From: Planctomycetota bacterium
GTDB taxonomy: Bacteria; Planctomycetota; JAJSAM01; JAJVHW01
Length of the DNA stretch: 64,000 nucleotides
Direction: 5' to 3'
Assembly: GCA_965248445.1 (NCBI GenBank)
Contig: CBDFJG010000003.1
Span: forward strand, 384,001 to 448,000
Position 1 is the first letter of the stretch. Each line of letters starts with the position of its first letter. Shown here piece after piece: positions 58,341 through 64,000 of the stretch. The position numbers and the translations under genes were made by a program. The notes under the pieces are model-generated. The model did no database searches, had not been told where the DNA came from, and saw only the letters and a program-made list of their open reading frames with translations.

Positions 58341-60227
58341 ATGAGACGCCTTGCAGCCGGTCTGCTCGCCGCGGGGCTTCTCGTCACCGGCTGCGGCGAC
58401 GGCGCGTCCTCGCCGTCCGACGCGCAGTCGCCGCCCGCCGCGCCCGCGGCGGCGGAGACGCCGCGGCCGATCGAGGACCGCGTCGCCAACGCTCTGCGCG
58501 TGGCGCGGGACGAGGGAACGCACTGGCACCGCACGGACGCGCTGGTTCGTCTCGGCGAGGAAGCCGCCGCTCCGCTCTCCTCGATGGTCCGTGACTCCGA
58601 ACACGGCGCCGAGACCCGAGTGCTCGCGGCGCAGGCCCTCGGACGGATCGGCGGCGCCGACGCCGCGGGCACGCTACGCGCGCTCATGACCGACGAGGCC
58701 GCACCCGAAGTGCTGCGCAACGCCGCCACCGAAGCGCTGTGCGTCCTCGGCGAGCGCGAGCCGGTCGAGCGTCGGATCGCCTCATGGCGCAAGCGCTACG
58801 CGGAGATCTCGATCGCCCGCGCTGGCGCAAGGCAGCGCATCGCCAAGACGCTGTACGCCAGCGGCCAGTTCCGGGCCGGTGCCGACGCCTGGCGCGCGCT
58901 CGCACGTGCTGAAGACGACCCGGACCGCCGCTGGGCCTACGCGTACGACTGGGCGTGCTGCGCCGCGCTCGCCGGCGCAAAGGACGAGGCGCTCGAAGCC
59001 GTCGCGTTGGCGGTCGAGTCGGAGCGGACAGACCTCGACTGGATGGCGCGGGACGGCGACCTGCGTACGCTCCACGACGATGCACGCTTCGACGCGCTCC
59101 TCGCCGCGGCGCGCGAGAAGCGTGGGGGAATCCCGTCGGAGACGGGCACGGCGACCGCGGCCTCGTCGCTCGAGGGAGAGCCCGGATTCGCCGAGTACGC
59201 CGCACTCCGCGCCGAGTACTGGGACGGCGCGTTCGACCGCCACATCGAGGAGAACAACCGGTACTGGGGCGGTTACGACGACTTTCTGGAGGCCGAGGGA
59301 AAGAGCCGCACGCCGGAGGCGGCCGCCGCCTACATGGAACGAAACGGCCCGCCACCCGAGGACCCCTCGCCGGAGTACGCGAAGAAGTACCGCACACTAC
59401 TCGTGCGCTACCCCGCAGGCCGCGTCGGCGCCAAGCTCCGCGCGAGTCTGTTGACGATCTACTCGAACGCCCAGAACCACGCGGACTGGGTCGAGCTCTA
59501 CCTCGAGGCGATGGAGCTACCGGAACACGAGAGCGTGGTCGGCGAGAACGCGGGCACCGCGATGTGGGGATCCGACGGCGTCGAGCGTCGGGACGAGATG
59601 CGGGCGCGCCTTCGCACGTGGCTCGCGGCCCATCCCGAGGGCGAACCCGCCGCGCAGATCCGCTCCGCGCTCGCCGAGGACCTAAAGGGCTCGGGAGACA
59701 CCGCCGCCGCCCGCGCCGCGTTCGAGGAGATCGTCCGGCTCCACCCCGGCACCCGGCAGGCGAAGGAGGCCAAGGGCGCGCTCTACGAGCTGGACACGCT
59801 CGCCGTCGGCATGCCCGCGCCCGGGTTCGAGGCGAAGGACATCCACGGCGGAGCGATCTCCCTCGCCGCCCTGCGCGGCAAGGTCGTGCTGCTCGACTTC
59901 TGGGCGACGTGGTGCGGCCCGTGCATCGGGGAGCTGCCGAGCCTCATCGCCCTGCACGAGCGCTTCGAGGGCCCCGACTTCGCCCTCGTCGGCATCTCGC
60001 TCGACGAGGACGGCATCGCGCTCGTCGACTTCCTCGAAGAGGAGGACATGCCCTGGCCGCAGGTGTGTGACCTCGGCGGCTTCGAGGGCGAGGTCCCGCG
60101 CCTCTACAACGTCCGCGGCATACCGCACACCGTCCTCGTCGGGCCCGACGGCCGCATCCTCGCCCGCGACCTGCGCGGCGACGAACTCGCGGCCGCCGTC
60201 GAGAAGGCGCTCGCCGCGACGCGCTAG
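58341..60227 (+). CDS. Lipoprotein with HEAT/TPR repeats and C-terminal TlpA-like thioredoxin domain
   Basis: Lipobox LLVTGC, HEAT and TPR-like helices, and APGFEAKDIHG...GKVVLLDFWATWCGPC...YNVRGIP. Confidence 0.88.
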   Translation: MRRLAAGLLAAGLLVTGCGDGASSPSDAQSPPAAPAAAETPRPIEDRVANALRVARDEGTHWHRTDALVRLGEEAAAPLSSMVRDSEHGAETRVLAAQALGRIGGADAAGTLRALMTDEAAPEVLRNAATEALCVLGEREPVERRIASWRKRYAEISIARAGARQRIAKTLYASGQFRAGADAWRALARAEDDPDRRWAYAYDWACCAALAGAKDEALEAVALAVESERTDLDWMARDGDLRTLHDDARFDALLAAAREKRGGIPSETGTATAASSLEGEPGFAEYAALRAEYWDGAFDRHIEENNRYWGGYDDFLEAEGKSRTPEAAAAYMERNGPPPEDPSPEYAKKYRTLLVRYPAGRVGAKLRASLLTIYSNAQNHADWVELYLEAMELPEHESVVGENAGTAMWGSDGVERRDEMRARLRTWLAAHPEGEPAAQIRSALAEDLKGSGDTAAARAAFEEIVRLHPGTRQAKEAKGALYELDTLAVGMPAPGFEAKDIHGGAISLAALRGKVVLLDFWATWCGPCIGELPSLIALHERFEGPDFALVGISLDEDGIALVDFLEEEDMPWPQVCDLGGFEGEVPRLYNVRGIPHTVLVGPDGRILARDLRGDELAAAVEKALAATR

Positions 60228-60228
60228 C

Positions 60229-60335
60229 TGTAGGAACCGAGCAGGTTGTGAACACCCCCGGGTCTCCGGGTCAGATGGGGATTGGAAACAGCCCCACTGA
60301 CCTTGAGCCTCCGCAAGCCAGGGTTCTCTCCCACG
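60229..60335 (+). mobile_element. Possible IS481-family end remnant
   Basis: GCTAGC immediately followed by TGT-N11-AGGTTGT matches my recollection of the IS481 end and target pattern. No transposase follows. Confidence 0.35.
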
Positions 60336-60337
60336 CG

Positions 60338-60356
60338 GTACTCATGCACCAACGCC
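60338..60356 (+). repeat. Solo copy of the TCATGCACCAACGCC end motif
   Basis: gtactcatgcaccaacgcc. The 15-bp core is identical to 55516-55530, 58179-58193 and 62532-62546. Confidence 0.85.
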
Positions 60357-60505
60357 CGGTTGCCGGCTCATGCATCCATGCCGCTGCCGCCCGTGGGTCT
60401 GCGCTGACCCCGTAGCGAAGCGGACCGACGGATCCGACCCACCGAAGCTGGTTCCGGTCTGTCGGCAGCGCATCTCCGTCCTGGGCGCTACGATCGCCAC
60501 CTCAC

Positions 60506-62320
60506 ATGACTACGACCACGGACCGCCGGTCGACGCTCGTTCGCCCGTGCTCCCCCGTCATCGTGACTCTGCTCGTCGCCGCCAGCGCGCTCTTGGCGCT
60601 GCCTCGCGCGAACGCATCCAAGGACAACGAGAAGTGGGAGACGAAACTCACCCTCAACTGTCCGACGGATGGCGCCGTTGCGTACATCGACGGCGAACTC
60701 TGGGGGGCATTGCCCAAGACAAGTGTGCAGCCCAAGAAGTCCGGCAGCGTGAAGGTCGTGGTGCTCTGCGAGGACTACGCGGTGCTGCGTCGCCGGGTAG
60801 CCCTCCGGGGTTCATCGGACACGGTCGTCACCCTGCCGGCACTCAAACCCGCGTCGTGGCCAACGCTCGAGTCGGGCGACGGTTTCTCCGTCGCGTGGGA
60901 GTCCAAGGACCTCGGCTGGTTCGACGGCGGCACGGCGCCGCCGGGCGCCGGTCGGCTTGCGCTCGGCCGCCGCGGCCGCGTCACGCAATTCGGGTCCGCG
61001 CGGAAGCTCGATCCCGGCGAGGTGGTGCGGGGCGAGCCGAGCGACTGGGAGCCGCGGCCGGCCATGCTCGATCTGTGGGACGCCGCACACGGCACGACCG
61101 TGCGCCTCGATGGGGAGGACGTGAAGGACGGCGCCCCGGTCGCACTCGGCTCCCACGCGTTGCGCGTCTTCGCCAACCGGAAGCGGCAGGACGTAACCAT
61201 CGAGGTCCTGCCGGGCCAGCGCGTCGTGCGCGTGCCTCCTCTGTTCTCGGATCCAGATCCGATCGCCGCGGCACACACGTGGCTCGCAACGCACCAGGCA
61301 CCGGACGGACGCTGGTCGTCGTCGCGCATGAAGTGCTCGTGCGCGCCCCGTTGCGAGCCCGGCGCAGCGGGGCTCGACGTCGGCGTGACAGGCCTCGCGC
61401 TGCTCGCGTTGCTCGACGGTGGGAACACGCCCACGGCAGGGCCGCACGCCGACGCGGTCGCGAAGGGGCTCGGGTTCCTGATGAAGGCGCAGTCCGAAGA
61501 CGGCTTCTTCCAGCCCGCCGGGGCGCGCGGCGCGACGTTTGCCCAGCCAATCGCAGAGCTTGCCGTCCTCGAAGCGTGGGGGGCGACCGGCGACGAGAAG
61601 TTCGCGGCGGCGGCTGAGCGCGGTCTCGCCGCCATCTACAAGTGCCAGAATCCCTACCTCGCATGGCGCTATGGCGTTCGGGACGGCGACAACGACACGG
61701 CCGTGACCGTGTGGATGACGCTCGCCATCTCCACAGCCGCGCGGATGGATCTGGGCCTCGCGCCATTCTCCGACGTGCGCCCAGACTCGCGCACCGCCGT
61801 CCTCTCTCTGCGGGGCGCGCATCACTGGTTCGCCAAGATGACCGATCCGTCGACCGGCAACATCGGATACCAGAGACGCGGAGGTGGCCGCGCGTACCGG
61901 CCGAAAGAGAGCGGACGCTCCAGCGACATGCGCAACCTGCGATCGGGCGACTGGTCTCTCACCGCGATGGCGATGCTTGCGAAGAGGCGCATCGCCCGGG
62001 TGAACGGCGAGGACCCGGACACCCCGGACACCGAGTACGCCTCCGACCTCTCGCTCGCCGGCATTGCCGAGAACGCGCCATTCGCGGACCCGGACCCACA
62101 GGTCTACTTCGACGTCCACGCGGCCTGGTTCGGGGCGCGTGTCCTGCGCTCGGCGCGGAGCGCCTGGCCCCGACGCTGGAAAGACGGCATGCAGCGGCTC
62201 GCGGGTCTGCAGAGGAGCAACGGTTCCTTCGAACCGGACCGCGCGTTCAGCGCCACGGGCGGCTCGGTCTTCACGACGTCAATGGCCGCTCTCGCGCTCC
62301 AGCAGTGGCTTCGCCAGTGA
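60506..62320 (+). CDS. Exported PEGA-like plus prenyltransferase/squalene-cyclase-repeat protein
   Basis: Signal peptide, PEGA-like DGAVAYIDGELWG, and QW-type repeats WLATHQAPDGRW, FLMKAQSEDGFF and LAGLQRSNGSF. Confidence 0.8.
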   Translation: MTTTTDRRSTLVRPCSPVIVTLLVAASALLALPRANASKDNEKWETKLTLNCPTDGAVAYIDGELWGALPKTSVQPKKSGSVKVVVLCEDYAVLRRRVALRGSSDTVVTLPALKPASWPTLESGDGFSVAWESKDLGWFDGGTAPPGAGRLALGRRGRVTQFGSARKLDPGEVVRGEPSDWEPRPAMLDLWDAAHGTTVRLDGEDVKDGAPVALGSHALRVFANRKRQDVTIEVLPGQRVVRVPPLFSDPDPIAAAHTWLATHQAPDGRWSSSRMKCSCAPRCEPGAAGLDVGVTGLALLALLDGGNTPTAGPHADAVAKGLGFLMKAQSEDGFFQPAGARGATFAQPIAELAVLEAWGATGDEKFAAAAERGLAAIYKCQNPYLAWRYGVRDGDNDTAVTVWMTLAISTAARMDLGLAPFSDVRPDSRTAVLSLRGAHHWFAKMTDPSTGNIGYQRRGGGRAYRPKESGRSSDMRNLRSGDWSLTAMAMLAKRRIARVNGEDPDTPDTEYASDLSLAGIAENAPFADPDPQVYFDVHAAWFGARVLRSARSAWPRRWKDGMQRLAGLQRSNGSFEPDRAFSATGGSVFTTSMAALALQQWLRQ

Positions 62321-62511
62321 GGCGCGTCCGCGATCGGGAGACATGCCGACACGGAGGCGTTGCCGGCCGGGTTCGTGCCGGATCGGCCGGTAGACGACGC
62401 GAATCGCTGGCGCGTGCTCGACAGTTGCCGGTTCATGCCCCAACCCCGGTGGCAGGAGGTTCGCCCATGGGGACCTGGCGCGCTACCAGAGGCCAGGGCA
62501 GCCCAGGCTCG

Positions 62512-62546
62512 ACGCGGCCGCCAGGGGGCATTCATGCACCAACGCC
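62512..62546 (+). repeat. End-motif copy with extended homology to the 58075 element
   Basis: acgcggccgccagggggcattcatgcaccaacgcc matches the reverse complement of 58075-58109 at 32/35. Confidence 0.85.
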
Positions 62547-62655
62547 CCGATGACGAGTGACTCGGGCCGGGCGTCGCCACCGTCATTTACATCGGCACGT
62601 GGAATGCGACGGTCGCGACCGTATGCTCACTCGGGGAGTGAGAGGGTGCGTAGAC

Positions 62656-62770
62656 ATGGTGCTTCGTGACGCGTGTGTTCTCGGCGGACTCGCCATCGCC
62701 GTCTTGGGTCTGGCATCGAGTGTTGAGAGTGCGAAGGCCGCGACCGTCGCGGAATTCGACCAGCAACTGG
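62656..62770 (+). pseudogene. 5' stub of an exported-protein gene interrupted by the IS3-family element
   Basis: GAGGG RBS, then MVLRDACVLGGLAIAVLGLASSVESAKA|ATVAEFDQQLA, which runs straight into the IS end. Confidence 0.5.
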
Positions 62771-62812
62771 CGGGACGTGTCAACGATTCTGAGACACCGC
62801 GCGTCTTGGAGT

Positions 62813-63789
62813 TTAGTGAGCGACCTCCTGTGTCGCCGGCTGCGGCGCCGGCGGGTTGATCCAGACTTGGGTCGGGAGCGCCGGCGGAGCCGGCGCACGA
62901 CGCACGAAGCGCTCGGGGTGAGCACGGTAGGCGGCATCGAGCACGACGGAGCGCGCCGCGACGGCGGCCTCGGCGCGGCCGTAGTGGACGGTCTCGGGCG
63001 TCAAGAGCCCGAGGCTCGAGTGCCGGTGCTCGCGGTTGTACCAGTCGAAGAAGGCGCGGCAGTGCGCGCGCGCGTCCTCGATGGAGCCGAAGCGCGAGGG
63101 GAAGTCCGGCCGGTACTTCATGGTCCGGAACTGGCTCTCACTGAAGGCGTTGTCGTTGGACGTGTACGGCCGGCTGTGGGACTTCGTCACGCCCAGGTCC
63201 GCCAGCTTGAGCGCCAGCGTCAGCTCACCGGCGCGGGTCCCCTGCTTGTCGCACGCGTGCGCGACGAGTTCCTTGGCCAGCGTGCCGCTCTCGCACGCAG
63301 CCAGCGTCCAGCCCACGACGTGGCGCGAGTAGATGTCGAGCACGACGTAGAGGTGGTAGTACGTCCACTTCACCGGTCCCTTGAGCTTGGTGATGTCCCA
63401 GCTCCAGACCTGGTTGGGGCCCGTCGCCAGGAGCTCGGGCTTCTTGTACGCCGGATGGCGCAGTTGGTTGCGGCGCTCTCGCACCGCGCCCGCCGTGGCC
63501 AGGATGCGGTACATCGTGCGCGGCGAGCACAGGTAGCGCCCCTCGTCGAGCAGCATGGCCCACACCGTGCGCGGCGCGAGGTCCACGAAGCGCTCGCCGT
63601 TGAGCACCTCGAGCACACCCACCCCCGTTCCTGGGTCGAGAGCGCCCGCGGCGAAGGCGGGCGCGGCTGCTGGGGCCGGGGGCACGCCCGTGCCGCCCGG
63701 CGCCGGTAGAGCGTGGCGCGCGCAACGCCGAGCGCGCGGCAGGCCGGAGCGACGCCCACGCTCGCTCCCAGGTCCTCAGCGGCGATCAC
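62813..63789 (-). pseudogene. IS3-family transposase OrfB, frameshifted and internally deleted
   Basis: The N-terminus (ACRALGVARATLYR) and the core (PNQVWSWDITKL, SNDNAFSESQFRTMKY) are in different frames, with the switch near 63620. The expected HADRG segment is absent (ELTL|ALKLADLGV). Confidence 0.85.
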
Positions 63790-64000
63790 GTGTCGCTCCC
63801 GCTCGTCTCGGGCATCTCGATGCCCAGCAGCCGTGAGACTTTTTTCTGCACGTCGATGATCGTCTCAGCGGTCTCAAGCCGCTGGCGCAGCCGGACGTTC
63901 TCGCGCTCGAGCTGCGTCAGGCGCCGCTTGAGGGCGCGGGCCGGGTCGGGCCTGGGGCCGCGACGCTTGGGCGCGAGCGCTTCGAGTTGGCCCTGGTCGC
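63786..64000 (-). CDS. IS3-family OrfA, C-terminal part
   Basis: Reads ...LAPKRRGPRP...LERENVRLRQRLETAETIIDVQKKVSRLLGI...stop, with a GTGA overlap with orfB. Confidence 0.85.
   Translation of the reverse strand, partial: DQGQLEALAPKRRGPRPDPARALKRRLTQLERENVRLRQRLETAETIIDVQKKVSRLLGIEMPETSGSDT

Larger units (their letters stand above)
62771..64000 (-). mobile_element. IS3-family insertion sequence (degraded; runs off window end)
   Basis: orfA/orfB pair, A6G slippery site at 63839-63845, and end-like sequence CGGGACGTGTCAACGATTCTGAGACA at about 62771-62796 just past the orfB stop. Confidence 0.85.

Noticed and set aside
57540..58792. Apparent overlap of the 1082-aa and 895-aa ORFs
   Set aside because: Both true starts (58006 minus, 58341 plus) have signal peptides and RBS-like sequences. 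The extensions merely read through the intergenic element and the opposite gene.
60506..62320. True squalene-hopene cyclase
   Set aside because: QW-type repeats are present, but there is no DxDD motif in a full two-domain cyclase context. It is an exported single-barrel protein with PEGA-like domains.
52227..62546. Integron attC array as explanation of the intergenic repeats
   Set aside because: The paired ends run GTT...AAC, the reverse of attC (RYYYAAC...GTTRRRY). The genes are in mixed orientation and no integrase is in the window.
55512..62546. CRISPR array
   Set aside because: The repeats are kilobases apart and separated by whole genes. No cas genes are present.

Overview
This is a very GC-rich bacterial window with no rRNA, tRNA or CRISPR array seen. 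Planctomycetota is my inference from gene content: many prepilin-type genes and HEAT/TPR, PEGA, CRTAC1 and prenyltransferase-repeat proteins. (1) 1-16.4 kb is a co-oriented + strand cluster. It holds a TPR protein and five prepilin-like genes in the order GspG-, H-, K-, J-, I-like. The K-like protein is about 1,740 aa and carries a LamG-like domain plus several copies of a ~70-aa module also found in the J-like protein. Two exported proteins, two periplasmic foldases and scpB follow. (2) 16.4-52.2 kb is mostly core genes: yidD, rnpA, lexA, pepP, EIIA, yraN, rplS, trmD, riboflavin synthase, an mlaEFD-like operon led by an aromatic-repeat lipoprotein, sucCD, a polyprenyl synthase, folD, hpt, a rhomboid, maeB, a diheme peroxidase-TPR fusion, an IPNS-family oxygenase, CRTAC1, OsmC, VOC and an APC-USP-EIIA fusion. 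A 24-codon hydrophobic ORF missing from the ORF track is coupled to lexA, behind a tandem-repeat operator candidate. (3) 52.2-64 kb is an accessory stretch of single large exported-protein genes. Every intergenic spacer there carries a member of one repeat family resembling IS903-group terminal inverted repeats, and the stretch ends in a degraded IS3-family element. All product calls come from motifs read by eye, not database searches. Several starts were moved downstream of the ORF-track starts using RBS and overlap evidence.
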